Source of the DNA: Planctomycetales bacterium
GTDB lineage: Bacteria > 4484-113 > JAFGCY01
DNA length: 32,000 bases
Assembly (NCBI GenBank): GCA_022646745.1
Contig: CP060262.1
Span: forward strand, 4,080,262-4,112,261
Direction of reading: 5' to 3'
Below are positions 1 to 9,182 of this stretch, in pieces (position 1 is the first letter of the stretch; each line of letters starts with the position of its first letter). Both the position numbers and the translations under genes were made by a program. A model generated the notes under the pieces. It saw only the letters and a program-made list of their open reading frames with translations, did not search any database and had not been told where the DNA came from.

Positions 1-4
1 CGAG

Positions 5-400
5 ATGGGCGAGCGCCGCGACATCATCCTCGGCCGCTACGACATGGGCGGAGTGTTCCAGCTCGCCAGTGTGACGGACCGCACCGGCTTCTACGCCGAG
101 CACATGCTGCTCAATGGCGACGGCAGCTACCTGCTGGCCTACGGCTCCCGTGATGAGCTGGTGGCCCTGGTGCGCAAGGCCCGCGGGGACGAAACCCTCG
201 CCGCCGACGAGGTGGACGCTGAGAAGCTGGTTGACGACGATGCCCCGCAGTACAGCTCAGGCCCGCCCAGCCGGCGTGAGCGCTACGGCGTGATCCGGCT
301 GGACCTCAGCGGTTCCCCGGATGGCTGGAGCATCAGCACCGTCAATCCGCGCTTCGTGGCGGAGAGCAGTGCGGGCTTCGCAATCGCCGGACCGTTCTGA
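5..400 (+). CDS. hypothetical protein (may extend 5' beyond the window)
   Basis: ORF with strongly G/C-biased third codon positions. The frame is open back to position 2, so the true start may lie upstream. No recognisable motif. Confidence 0.7.
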   Translation: MGERRDIILGRYDMGGVFQLASVTDRTGFYAEHMLLNGDGSYLLAYGSRDELVALVRKARGDETLAADEVDAEKLVDDDAPQYSSGPPSRRERYGVIRLDLSGSPDGWSISTVNPRFVAESSAGFAIAGPF

Positions 401-1129
401 TCAGTCGTACTGCCGGCAGTAGGCCATCAGAGTCAGGTTGATGCGCGCCTGGCAGCTGTAGGCCAGCCACATCACCGGCAGCACCACCGGCGAGCCGATC
501 ATGATCACCGGCAGCAGCGGGAATATCACGCAGCCCAGGCAGTCGTTGTTCCAGAACCGGGCCAGCATCCCGCCCAGCAGGCAGCGCACGGCAGTCGCCC
601 GCAGCTTTCCGTGCTCGCTCCTGGCAATGCACATCAGCGCTGGGTGCACGGTGGCCGCAGCCCGCAGCTGCTGCTGTGGCGTCATCGGCAAGTCAAGAAT
701 CACAGCTCGCCAGGCCCAGCTGCCGTGCATCAGCTCCTTCAGGCGCAGCCAGACTTCCTCCTCCATGGCCAGCATCTGCACGTCGCTTTCACGGAAGTCC
801 GTTGCCAACCGGGCTTCCAGGCGTTCACGGGCCCGCTGGGTCGTCCCCATGCAGAGGCTGCTGCCGTACCAGGTGATCCCGCCAATCGTTGCCAGCATTC
901 CGGTCGTCTGCAGGAAGCCGTCTTCCAACGGTATGCCCAGAAATTGAAGCAGGTATGTGAATGCGAGCGGCGACAGGCACATGAGCACGAAGCCGACCGT
1001 GATGCCCAGCATGCGCGCGCTCTCATCCTGGCGCTTGCCCGCCTCACTGGCGATGCCGGCAAACATGTCACCTACGCTGGATTCTGGCTCATCCGCCATG
1101 CAGAGATTGTGAACCACGGGGCAGCTCAT
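401..1129 (-). CDS. hypothetical integral membrane protein
   Basis: By-eye third-position G/C in this frame is about 85-90%. Hydrophobic segments are present (ITVGFVLMCLSPLAFTYLL, VIFPLLPVIMIGSPVVLPVMWLA). An alternative start at Met11 (coordinate 1099) would reduce the overlap with the upstream gene. Confidence 0.7.
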   Translation of the reverse strand: MSCPVVHNLCMADEPESSVGDMFAGIASEAGKRQDESARMLGITVGFVLMCLSPLAFTYLLQFLGIPLEDGFLQTTGMLATIGGITWYGSSLCMGTTQRARERLEARLATDFRESDVQMLAMEEEVWLRLKELMHGSWAWRAVILDLPMTPQQQLRAAATVHPALMCIARSEHGKLRATAVRCLLGGMLARFWNNDCLGCVIFPLLPVIMIGSPVVLPVMWLAYSCQARINLTLMAYCRQYD

Positions 1130-1853
1130 GCGGAAGCACCCCGGCTATCCGCCTGGCAGCCTCCTCATCCAGCAGGCAGTGCACCGCCAGCAGCGGCCAG
1201 ACCAGCCCGTATCCCAGCGCCCAGTAGATCTCAAACAACGGCACACCCAGAAGCCAGCCGGTATGCACCTCCGCATTGCGCCAGGCATTCTCGAAGTGTG
1301 GCCAGATCGCGAAGCTGGATCGCACCAGCAATGCGTATAACAGGCTGAATCCCAGTGCGCCAAGCACGGAACCCGCCACGAAGCGGCTGCGCTTGAATGC
1401 AAGGATCAGTCCGGTCACCGCCACCCCGCTCAGCGTGCTGACCATCACCGGCGTTCCGGTCACACCGAAGCGCACCCCGTAGCCGATCGCAATCCCGATA
1501 ACGGAGTAGAGCAGGTAGCGTTTCCAGACCAGCCCCTTCTCCCTGGTGACGGAATAGGTGCCCGGCTGGAAGAACAGCAGCATGCGTGTTGCCAAGATCC
1601 CGGCGCAGAACGAGAACAGCAGGTCCTCCGGGCTTGAGATGTAATGGAAGGTCACGCGGGGATCCCAGTATTGCGGGATGTATTCAAAGCTGAACAGGCC
1701 GTAGGGGATGCACAGTACGCCGGATAGCAGCAGCAGGCGCGCATTGCGCCGCGCAGTGAGCACGGCCACTGCACAGAGGAGCAGCATGATCAGGCACATC
1801 CCAAGGTAGGGATATGCGGAAAGGGTCACCAGCACACTGACATTATATGGCAT
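1089..1853 (-). CDS. polytopic membrane protein; weak resemblance to lycopene-cyclase-domain (CrtYc/Yd-like) proteins
   Basis: About 7 hydrophobic helices. Two halves each carry a Pro-x-acidic motif (SPEDLLFSF and VPLFEIYWAL), reminiscent of the PxE(E/D) repeats of heterodimeric lycopene cyclases. The functional call comes from motif memory only. Confidence 0.6.
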   Translation of the reverse strand: MPYNVSVLVTLSAYPYLGMCLIMLLLCAVAVLTARRNARLLLLSGVLCIPYGLFSFEYIPQYWDPRVTFHYISSPEDLLFSFCAGILATRMLLFFQPGTYSVTREKGLVWKRYLLYSVIGIAIGYGVRFGVTGTPVMVSTLSGVAVTGLILAFKRSRFVAGSVLGALGFSLLYALLVRSSFAIWPHFENAWRNAEVHTGWLLGVPLFEIYWALGYGLVWPLLAVHCLLDEEAARRIAGVLPHELPRGSQSLHGG

Positions 1854-1906
1854 TCATGGCAAGTTGTGGCATCAGTCAGGGGGATTGCCCATCCACGGCA
1901 AGCTGC

Positions 1907-2851
1907 TCAGCCGGCCTGCGGTATTTCCTGAGCGGCGCTTGTCGCGAACTTGTCGTCAACCAGGTAGTCGATGATGCACACCGTCCTGGCAACGCGGTAC
2001 ATGTGGTAGTTCGCAGTGATCAACAGGATCGGCAGCGTGAATACTGACAGCGAATTACTCAGGCAGCAGCATACGCAGCAGGTGTACAGCGAGATCCGGC
2101 TGACCTGGAAGTTCCAGCTGCCGTTGAACAGCGAGGCGTTGTCAAGCCGGCCAGGACCGTAACTCAGCTGCAGCACGCTGTTCCAGTAGCAGGCGCTGAA
2201 CTCCAGCTGGTTCTCGAGGGTCTTCGGCCGCGCCGGGCTGATCCACTTCAGCGAGGGGATCTCATTCACCGCATCGATGATGATGTGGGTGAAGTCCTCC
2301 TCGGCCACCACCCGCAGGAAGTCAGTGTGGTAGAGGTAGCTCTCGGACAGCTTGTAGCGGGTCAAGTGCATGCTTTCGACCCAGCGCCGGATGCTGCCGG
2401 CGATCGAGAAAGCGACCACGGCTCCCACTATCAGTCCAAGCGCCATACCGGCGAAGGGCAGGAATGCCATCAGGTATTCATACGGCCCGCCAGAGGAGGA
2501 ATTGAAATTGCCGGTGGCAAAGCTGCTCCCGAGGATGCCGAACATCATCATGAAGTTCGCCACGTAATAGACCACATACATCACGATCATCGCCACGATG
2601 ATCTGGATGATCACGACAAGCTGGCCATGCAACCTCAGCACCTTGTCCCGCAGCGCCATCAGCCGCAGGCGGTAGTCGGGCTTGTCATACTTCGGGTCGT
2701 ATCCCCTGCTGGAAGGCTGCCTTGCGGCCGGGTCCGGCTGGGAAACTTCCTCCGTGCCCTCTCCTGGCGTGCTGGGCTGGCCTGCATCACCCGGTAGCGG
2801 CTGCCCCCCGCTCAGTTCCTCGTCTTGCCTGTCATCCGGCCTGTCAGTCAT
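1907..2851 (-). CDS. hypothetical membrane protein with acidic/Pro-rich N-terminus and a C-terminal Cys cluster
   Basis: The ORF has coding-like GC3. TM segments include LVVIIQIIVAMIVMYVVYYVANFMMMFGIL and YLMAFLPFAGMALGLIVGAVVAFSIAG. A YTCCVCCC motif lies near the C-terminus. Confidence 0.7.
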   Translation of the reverse strand: MTDRPDDRQDEELSGGQPLPGDAGQPSTPGEGTEEVSQPDPAARQPSSRGYDPKYDKPDYRLRLMALRDKVLRLHGQLVVIIQIIVAMIVMYVVYYVANFMMMFGILGSSFATGNFNSSSGGPYEYLMAFLPFAGMALGLIVGAVVAFSIAGSIRRWVESMHLTRYKLSESYLYHTDFLRVVAEEDFTHIIIDAVNEIPSLKWISPARPKTLENQLEFSACYWNSVLQLSYGPGRLDNASLFNGSWNFQVSRISLYTCCVCCCLSNSLSVFTLPILLITANYHMYRVARTVCIIDYLVDDKFATSAAQEIPQAG

Positions 2852-2983
2852 GTAACAGACATTCTACTTTGCGCAGCACTGATCAGCGAGGCCAATGCCA
2901 GTCATGCCGACTACGGTACCCGGATTACAATATTGCCTGCGGATTTCCGATATGATTGACCATCAGCTCCACGGAGGAACCTG

Positions 2984-3166
2984 ATGCCACTTTTCGAATA
3001 CAGATGCAGCGATTGCGGGGCCGAGTTTGAGGCCCTGGTCTCGCGCGGCGACACTGAGCCGGTGGAGTGCGAAAAATGCCACGGCAATCACACCGAGCGC
3101 ATCGCATCCACCTTCTCATGCTGCAGCAGCGACTCCACCTCGGCCTCCGCGCCGATGGGCTGTTGA
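2984..3166 (+). CDS. FmdB-family zinc-ribbon protein
   Basis: N-terminus MPLFEYRCSDCGAEFE...ECEKC is the canonical FmdB CxxC...CxxC zinc ribbon. A GGAGG Shine-Dalgarno sits about 6 nt upstream. Confidence 0.9.
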   Translation: MPLFEYRCSDCGAEFEALVSRGDTEPVECEKCHGNHTERIASTFSCCSSDSTSASAPMGC

Positions 3167-3259
3167 CGCAGGCCCGGCTAGGCCCGTGCGGCCTGACTGA
3201 AACCCGCCTGCCCGTCCCTGCGTCATAATGGGTGCTAATCACCGAAAGGAGCAGCGGGT

Positions 3260-3892
3260 ATGGACTTTGCCCATGTTCTCGTAATGATCCTGATGGCCGT
3301 CTCACTGAGCGCGGCCGCCGGACTGCGTGCCTTCCTGCCGCTGTTCGCAATTTCCCTGCTTTCCAGCACAGGCTACATAACCCTCGCCAGCGGCTTCAGC
3401 TGGCTGACCAGCACCGAAGCCGTGGTCGTGTTCGGCCTGGCGGTCGTGCTGGAGGTCGCAGCCGACAAGATCCCCGGGCTTGACAACGCGCTTGACGCCA
3501 CCGGACTGGTGGTCAAGCCGCTGGCCGCCGCCCTGCTCAGCTCCAGCCTGATCACGGGCATGGACCCGCTGCTGGCGATGGTGCTCGGCCTGATCATCGG
3601 CGGCACCGTGGCCGGTACCGTGCACTTCGGCAAGGCCCAGCTGCGCGCCGGTTCCACCGTGCTGACCGCCGGCTTCGGCAATCCCGTGATCTCCGTGGTC
3701 GAGGACGGCATCTCCGTGCTTGGCACCACGCTTGGCATCCTGCTGCCAGCCCTCGTCGGAGTGCTCGTGATCGGTGGGCTGTTCCTGCTCGGCCGGCGCA
3801 TCATGCGCCGCAGCCGCAAGGGCATCACCGCCGAGGTGATCTCCGCTGACGGCGAGGTCGTCGGCGAGACCGACGCGCACTCACTGAGCTGA
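3260..3892 (+). CDS. DUF4126-family membrane protein
   Basis: SAAAGLRAFLPLFAISLL and the following Gly/Ala-rich TM helices match my recollection of DUF4126. AAAGGAG SD upstream. Confidence 0.75.
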   Translation: MDFAHVLVMILMAVSLSAAAGLRAFLPLFAISLLSSTGYITLASGFSWLTSTEAVVVFGLAVVLEVAADKIPGLDNALDATGLVVKPLAAALLSSSLITGMDPLLAMVLGLIIGGTVAGTVHFGKAQLRAGSTVLTAGFGNPVISVVEDGISVLGTTLGILLPALVGVLVIGGLFLLGRRIMRRSRKGITAEVISADGEVVGETDAHSLS

Positions 3893-3917
3893 TCCCCGCA
3901 TGGGATACTAGCTGCGT

Positions 3918-5300
3918 TTGGCAAACCGCGGACAACAGCTGCTGGAGGAACTCAGCCTCGCATTCCCCGTTGAGCGGCGTCACATCTTCGACCGCCTGCG
4001 TGCAGCGGCCCAGCGCAGCTCGCTGCGTATCGCTCTCGTCGGCGGCCTGCCCCGTGAGATCCTGCGCTGCCAGTTCAGCCAGCGCGAGCGTGAGAACCTC
4101 TACGACGAACTGCGTGACATCGACATCGTGGTGGAGGGCGACGCGATCCGCTTCGCCCGTGAGCTCTACCGCAACCTGCCCGGTGAGCTTGTTGTCAACG
4201 AGGACTTCGGCACCGCCACGCTGACAACCGAGGGAGTGGAAATTGACCTGACCAGCAGCCGCCGCGAAAGCTACGCCGCCCCGGGCCAGCTGCCAGACGT
4301 GGACACCAGCGGCGTGCGCATCGAGGAGGACCTCGGCCGCCGTGACTTCACCGTCAACGCCGTGGCCCTCGAACTCAACCCGGATTACGGTGCAATGCTC
4401 GACCCGCTCGGCGGTGAGGCCGACCTGCGCAACCGCCAGCTGCGCATCCTGCATTCCGCCTCCTTCCACGACGACCCGACCCGCCTGTTCCGCGCCCTGC
4501 GCTACAGCATCCGCCTGAACGCCGAACTCGAGCCGGTCAGCATGGCCGCCTTCGGCCGCGCGATCGAGGAGGACATGCTCGCCACGCTCACGCCGGAGCG
4601 CGTGCGCTATGAGCTTTATTGCATCAGCCGCGAGGAGCGCTGGCATGAGATCTGGGCCGTGATGGACCTCGCGATGATCCTGCCCGGCCTGCATGAGGCA
4701 CTCGGCGGGATCAGCTCCTGGTGGACCCTCGAACAGGGCAGCTCGCTGGACATCGTGCTGCGCAACCAGAAGGAGGTGCTTGAGGGAACGGACATCGAAC
4801 CCTGGCTGGTGCGTGTGGCCTGGACCACCCTCTCCATGCGCGACACATATTTCGAGGCGGCGATGAACCGCATCGGGATCTTTCCGCGTCATATCCGTGC
4901 AATGGTGACCGCCCGCCACCTGCTGGTGAGCGTGCCCGAACGCCTGTCCAGCAGCATGCGTCCGAGTGAGGTGGTGGACCTGCTGGAGCATTTCCCGCGC
5001 GACAGCGTGGCGCTGGCCTTCCTCGTGCACATGCCGGTGGACGACCGCGGCGTGTCCACCCGCCGCGCGCTGCTGAACTACCTGCTGGAATACAGCCAGG
5101 TGCGGCCAATGCTCAGCGGGCATGAACTGATCAGGCTCGGGATCCCCGCCGGGCCGGCCGTCGGCGAATGCCACCGCCGCCTGCGTGCGATGCGCCTCGA
5201 CGGGCACATCGATTCGGAGGAGGATGAAAGGAATGTTGTGCTCAGGATGGTAAACCTCGGGGAGCCGGGTGCCGATCAAGCATCCGGAGATGATGGCTGA
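3918..5300 (+). CDS. CCA-adding enzyme / poly(A) polymerase family tRNA nucleotidyltransferase
   Basis: Motifs VGGLPREIL ... DIDIVV ... RRDFTVNAVAL ... SFHDDPTRLFRALRY are typical of the PcnB/CCA nucleotidyltransferase head and neck domains. TTG start. Confidence 0.85.
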   Translation: MANRGQQLLEELSLAFPVERRHIFDRLRAAAQRSSLRIALVGGLPREILRCQFSQRERENLYDELRDIDIVVEGDAIRFARELYRNLPGELVVNEDFGTATLTTEGVEIDLTSSRRESYAAPGQLPDVDTSGVRIEEDLGRRDFTVNAVALELNPDYGAMLDPLGGEADLRNRQLRILHSASFHDDPTRLFRALRYSIRLNAELEPVSMAAFGRAIEEDMLATLTPERVRYELYCISREERWHEIWAVMDLAMILPGLHEALGGISSWWTLEQGSSLDIVLRNQKEVLEGTDIEPWLVRVAWTTLSMRDTYFEAAMNRIGIFPRHIRAMVTARHLLVSVPERLSSSMRPSEVVDLLEHFPRDSVALAFLVHMPVDDRGVSTRRALLNYLLEYSQVRPMLSGHELIRLGIPAGPAVGECHRRLRAMRLDGHIDSEEDERNVVLRMVNLGEPGADQASGDDG

Positions 5301-5303
5301 ACA

Positions 5304-5972
5304 ATGAGTAACTTTGACCCACTGTACTTCCTTACGGCGATCCCGCTGATCCTGCTCTCGCTGGCCCTGCATGAGTACGGCCATGCGGCGATGGCCAATG
5401 CGCTCGGCGACCCGACGCCGCGCCTGCAGGGCCGCGTGACGCTGAACCCGATCAAGCACCTCGACCCGGCCGGCACCTTCATGATCATCATGACCTCGTT
5501 CATGGGCTTCGGCTTCGGCTGGGGCAAGCCGGTGCAGACCAACCCGACCTACTACAAGGACCTGCGCCGCGACACGATCCTCGTGGCCATCGCCGGCCCG
5601 GCGATGAACCTCTGCCAGCTGATGCTGGCCGTCGGCATCGCAAACGTGCTCTACATCACAGGCGCGCAGCTCGGTTCCTGGGGACACCTCGCCTTCCAGA
5701 TCTTCATCGTGATCAACATCGCGCTTATGTTCTTCAACCTCGTGCCGCTGCCCCCGCTGGACGGCGGGCATGTGGCCACGATGCTGCTGCCCCATCCCTA
5801 CGGCCGTCGCCTGCAGGAACTCGGCATGAACGGCGTGACCTTCCTCGTGCTGATGGGCCTGATGTTCACCGGCCTGCTCGGGCTGTACCTGCACTGGGTG
5901 GTCAACACGGTGTTCCGCCTGATCGCCGCCGGCTTCGGCGATGACTTCCTGATCTGGCTCCTGCGCGGCTGA
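5304..5972 (+). CDS. site-2 protease family (peptidase M50) membrane metalloprotease
   Basis: HEYGH (HExxH) lies in the first TM region. RVTLNPIKHLDPAGT and the C-terminal NLVPLPPLDGG motif are both characteristic of small M50 proteases. Confidence 0.9.
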   Translation: MSNFDPLYFLTAIPLILLSLALHEYGHAAMANALGDPTPRLQGRVTLNPIKHLDPAGTFMIIMTSFMGFGFGWGKPVQTNPTYYKDLRRDTILVAIAGPAMNLCQLMLAVGIANVLYITGAQLGSWGHLAFQIFIVINIALMFFNLVPLPPLDGGHVATMLLPHPYGRRLQELGMNGVTFLVLMGLMFTGLLGLYLHWVVNTVFRLIAAGFGDDFLIWLLRG

Positions 5973-5994
5973 GGCAGGTTATAATCCCCCTCGC

Positions 5995-6726
5995 GTGACA
6001 ACCACACAGCTCAGCATTGACCAGTTCACGGGGCCGCTCGACCTGCTGCTGCACCTGATCCGTGTCAATGAGATGGACATCTTCGACCTCGACATCTCAT
6101 CCATCACCGAGCAGTACCTCGCCGTGATCGAGAACGAGGGCGTCCGCGACCTCGAGGGGGCCTACCACTTCCTCGCGATGGCAGCGAGCCTCGTCGAGAT
6201 GAAGAGCCGCCTGCTGTTGCCGCGCCCCGAGCCCGAGGAGGGCGAGGAAGGCGAAGCCGGCGAGGCTGCGATCGATCCGCTCACCGAGCTGTCCCAGAAG
6301 CTGGCCGCCTACCAGGGCATCCAGGAGGTCACCGGCGACCTGCTGGCGATGTACCTGCAGACCGGCCGCCACTGGCCGCGCCAGATCGTGGAGAAGATGG
6401 AGGAGGAGATCGTCTACACGATGGACTCGCTCTCCGTCTACGATCTGATGACGGCCTTCCGCGAAGTGCTGGACCGACCGCGCTTCCGCCAGGTGACGAT
6501 CTTCCGCGACGACTTTGACAGCGAGGAGGCCCGCAGCCAGGTGCGCGAGCGCATCAGCCAGGGCCCGCAGAAACTCGTCGACCTGCTGACCATGCAGCAC
6601 AATGTGTTCGCGCTGATCATCACCTTCATCGTGCTGCTGGAGCTGATCAAGGAAGGCGAGATCACCTTCGCCAGGAAGGATGACGCCATCATGCTGGAAC
6701 AGGCCAAGCAGGAAGACCTGATCTGA
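5995..6726 (+). CDS. scpA: segregation and condensation protein A
   Basis: FTGPLDLLLHLIRVNEMDIFDLDISSITEQYL is the conserved ScpA N-terminus. Length 243 aa. GTG start. Confidence 0.9.
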   Translation: MTTTQLSIDQFTGPLDLLLHLIRVNEMDIFDLDISSITEQYLAVIENEGVRDLEGAYHFLAMAASLVEMKSRLLLPRPEPEEGEEGEAGEAAIDPLTELSQKLAAYQGIQEVTGDLLAMYLQTGRHWPRQIVEKMEEEIVYTMDSLSVYDLMTAFREVLDRPRFRQVTIFRDDFDSEEARSQVRERISQGPQKLVDLLTMQHNVFALIITFIVLLELIKEGEITFARKDDAIMLEQAKQEDLI

Positions 6727-6765
6727 TCACCTCCTAACTCCTGACCCCACACTCCCCACTCCCTC

Positions 6766-6779
6766 TATAATTTCTTCCA
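6766..6779 (+). promoter_or_regulatory. candidate -10 box (TATAAT) placed for a leaderless pfkA mRNA
   Basis: A perfect TATAAT at 6766-6771 lies 7 nt upstream of the pfkA ATG (6779). No Shine-Dalgarno lies between them. Confidence 0.4.
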
Positions 6780-7765
6780 TGCGCAACATCGCAGTGCTGA
6801 CCAGCGGAGGGGACTCGCCGGGCATGAATGCCGCCGTGCGCGCCGTGGTGCGCGTCGGCCGCAGCGCAGGGCTCAACGTGTTCGGCGTACGCCGCGGCTA
6901 TGAGGGCCTGATCCACGCTGAGCTGGAGCAGATGCCGCTCGGCAGCGTCTCCAACTGGGTCAACAGCGGCGGCAGCAAGCTGGAATGCGCCCGCAGCCAG
7001 GAGATGTTCAAGCTCAGTGGGCAGAAGCGCGCCGTGCAGACGCTCCGGAACTGGGACATCGACGGCCTGGTGGTGATCGGTGGCGACGGATCCTTCCGCG
7101 GTGCTTCCAAGCTGGTCAAGCTCGGCGCCCGCGTGGTCGGCGCACCGGGCACGATTGACAACGACATCCCCGGGATTGACAACACGATCGGCTTCGACAC
7201 CGCCGTCAACACCCTGACCTACTGCATCAACCAGCTGCGTGACACCGCAGAGAGCCACCAGCGCACCTTCGTGGTAGAGGCGATGGGCCGCCACAGCGGG
7301 CACATCGCACTGCATGCCGGCATCTCCGGCGGTGCGGACATCATCCTCGTGCCGGAAATCACATGGAACGAGAAGAGCGTCGTGCGCATGGTGCAGCGCC
7401 GTATTGACCAGGGCAAGAAGTTCCACCTGATCGTGATGGCGGAGGGCGCCGGCCGCGCGATCAAGAAGCCGGACTATGGCGCATTCGAGCTGGTGAACTA
7501 CATCGACGAGAACACCCCGGCCAGCGTGACCGTGCGCGGCTGCATGCCCGGCCATATCCAGCGTGGCGGTGCCCCGACAGCCGCCGACCGGATCTACGCC
7601 ACACGTTGTGGCAAGGCCGCCGTGGAAGCGCTGCTCAACGGCACCAACGGCGTGATGGTCGGTGAGCTGAATGGCCAGATGGTCGAGGTGCCGCTGAAGA
7701 ACGCCGTGCGCGGCAGCCGGCGCATTGACCGCGAGCTGTACAACCTGGCAACCCAGGTCAGCTGA
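6779..7765 (+). CDS. pfkA: ATP-dependent 6-phosphofructokinase
   Basis: MRNIAVLTSGGDSPGMNAAVRAVVR, IGGDGSF, PGTIDNDIPG and MGRHSGHIAL are all canonical PfkA motifs. 328 aa. Confidence 0.95.
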   Translation: MRNIAVLTSGGDSPGMNAAVRAVVRVGRSAGLNVFGVRRGYEGLIHAELEQMPLGSVSNWVNSGGSKLECARSQEMFKLSGQKRAVQTLRNWDIDGLVVIGGDGSFRGASKLVKLGARVVGAPGTIDNDIPGIDNTIGFDTAVNTLTYCINQLRDTAESHQRTFVVEAMGRHSGHIALHAGISGGADIILVPEITWNEKSVVRMVQRRIDQGKKFHLIVMAEGAGRAIKKPDYGAFELVNYIDENTPASVTVRGCMPGHIQRGGAPTAADRIYATRCGKAAVEALLNGTNGVMVGELNGQMVEVPLKNAVRGSRRIDRELYNLATQVS

Positions 7766-7899
7766 CAACCGGCCGCCGTCCCCTGCGTTAAATCCCCGTC
7801 TCATCCCGGCAATTCCCGGTTAACCCGCTGTGCAGTGGCACTGACAACAGGTATAAACTGCCCGTAGTACAAGTGCCCAGGGGCACGCGGGATAAGTGG

Positions 7900-8130
7900 A
7901 TGATAGAGCTTACGAAACTCAACGGCGAGAGCTTCATACTCAATGCCGGCCTTGTCGAATCCATCGAGGCCACGCCTGACACCATCGTACGCCTGACCAA
8001 CGGCAAGCGCTTCATCGTGCGCGAGAAGGTCAGTGAGGTCGTCGAGCGGGCGATCGAGTTCGAGCGCCGCATCCACTACATCTCCATCCCGCAGCCGGGC
8101 GAAGTTGCCGCCGGTTCTGCCGATAACTGA
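7900..8130 (+). CDS. flbD: flagellar FlbD family protein
   Basis: MIELTKLNGESFILNAGLVESIEATPDTIVRLTNGKRFIVREKVSEVV matches the FlbD family. I chose the internal ATG at 7900, giving 76 aa (typical size), over the track's GTG at 7873. Confidence 0.85.
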   Translation: MIELTKLNGESFILNAGLVESIEATPDTIVRLTNGKRFIVREKVSEVVERAIEFERRIHYISIPQPGEVAAGSADN

Positions 8131-8159
8131 CAGTAGAAGCCGGTGTTTATGGAGGATTC

Positions 8160-9182
8160 GTGGCTGACATTCTGAGCCAGGAAGAGATCGATGCCTTGTT
8201 GGGAGCCCTGTCATCGGGCGAACTGAAGGCGGAGGATGCGCGCGAGGAGGCTTCGGAGAAGAACTCGAAGGTCAAGGCCTACGACTTCTTCCGCCCGAGC
8301 AAGTTCTCCAAGGAGCAGATCCGCACGATCTACATGATGCATGAGACCTACGGGCGCCTCTGGTCGAGCAAGCTCGCCGGCCAGCTGCGCAACTACGTCT
8401 CGATCAGCGTCAGCGCCGTGGACCAGGTGACCTACCAGGAGTTCATGCAGTCGATCCCCAACCCGACGATCACCTGCACTTTCAGCCTCTCACCGCTCGA
8501 GGGCCAGGCCCTGTTCGAGTTCTCGCCGACCATCGGCTTCCCGATCATCGACCGCCTGCTGGGCGGCCAGGGCCAGAGCAACGTGCAGTCCCGCGAGATC
8601 ACCGAGATCGAGGCGCACGTGTTGTCAAACCTGATAGACGAGGGCATGATCTACCTCAAGGAGGCCTGGTCCTCCATGATCGACCTCAAGCCAGAGCTGA
8701 TCGACCTCGAGAGCAACCCGCTGTTCGTGCAGATCGTGCCGCCCGCGGACATGATCCTCTTGATCACGCTGGAGTGCCGCATCGGTGAGATGAGCGGCAT
8801 CATGAACATCGTCTACCCCTACGTGGTGCTCGAGCCGATCCTCTCGCTGCTCTCGGACCGCGTGCTCTACGCCGTCGGCACCCGTGGTGCCAGCAAGGAA
8901 AGCCGCAACAAGACCACCCAGCTGCTGCAGAACGTGGGGCTGAAGGTCTCGGTCGAGCTCGGCACTGTCAAGCTCAGCCTGCGCGACCTGCTGGCACTGG
9001 AGCCTGACGACCTGGTCGTGCTGGAGACGACCACTGAGCAGGACCTCGTTGTCAAGGTCGGCAACATCCATAAGTTCAACTGCATCCCGGGACTGGACGG
9101 CAAGCACTATGCGGCCCAGGTCACGGAGAGCGTCAGCGATGCCGACCTGCTGGCATCGAATCCCTTTGACGGAGGAATCTAG
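8160..9182 (+). CDS. fliM: flagellar motor switch protein FliM
   Basis: N-terminal LSQEEIDALLG CheY-P-binding peptide, 340 aa, C-terminal SpoA-like region. GGAGG lies 4 nt upstream of the GTG start. Confidence 0.93.
   Translation: MADILSQEEIDALLGALSSGELKAEDAREEASEKNSKVKAYDFFRPSKFSKEQIRTIYMMHETYGRLWSSKLAGQLRNYVSISVSAVDQVTYQEFMQSIPNPTITCTFSLSPLEGQALFEFSPTIGFPIIDRLLGGQGQSNVQSREITEIEAHVLSNLIDEGMIYLKEAWSSMIDLKPELIDLESNPLFVQIVPPADMILLITLECRIGEMSGIMNIVYPYVVLEPILSLLSDRVLYAVGTRGASKESRNKTTQLLQNVGLKVSVELGTVKLSLRDLLALEPDDLVVLETTTEQDLVVKVGNIHKFNCIPGLDGKHYAAQVTESVSDADLLASNPFDGGI

Noticed and set aside
3825-5894. 689-aa minus-strand ORF, the longest in the track
   Set aside because: It is antisense to the well-supported CCA-nucleotidyltransferase and M50 protease genes. 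Its His/Ala/Gly/Arg/Val-rich low-complexity translation has no motifs. This is a typical shadow ORF of GC-rich DNA.
6734-7804. 356-aa minus-strand ORF opposite pfkA
   Set aside because: The plus strand encodes an unmistakable PfkA. The minus-strand translation is Ala/Gly/His/Val-rich and featureless.
7766-7899. Sigma28 or sigma54 promoter upstream of flbD
   Set aside because: TAAA-N15-GGCAATTC matches only 4 of 8 positions of the GCCGATAA -10 element. TGGCAC at about 7841 lacks a TTGC at the correct spacing. This is too weak to call.
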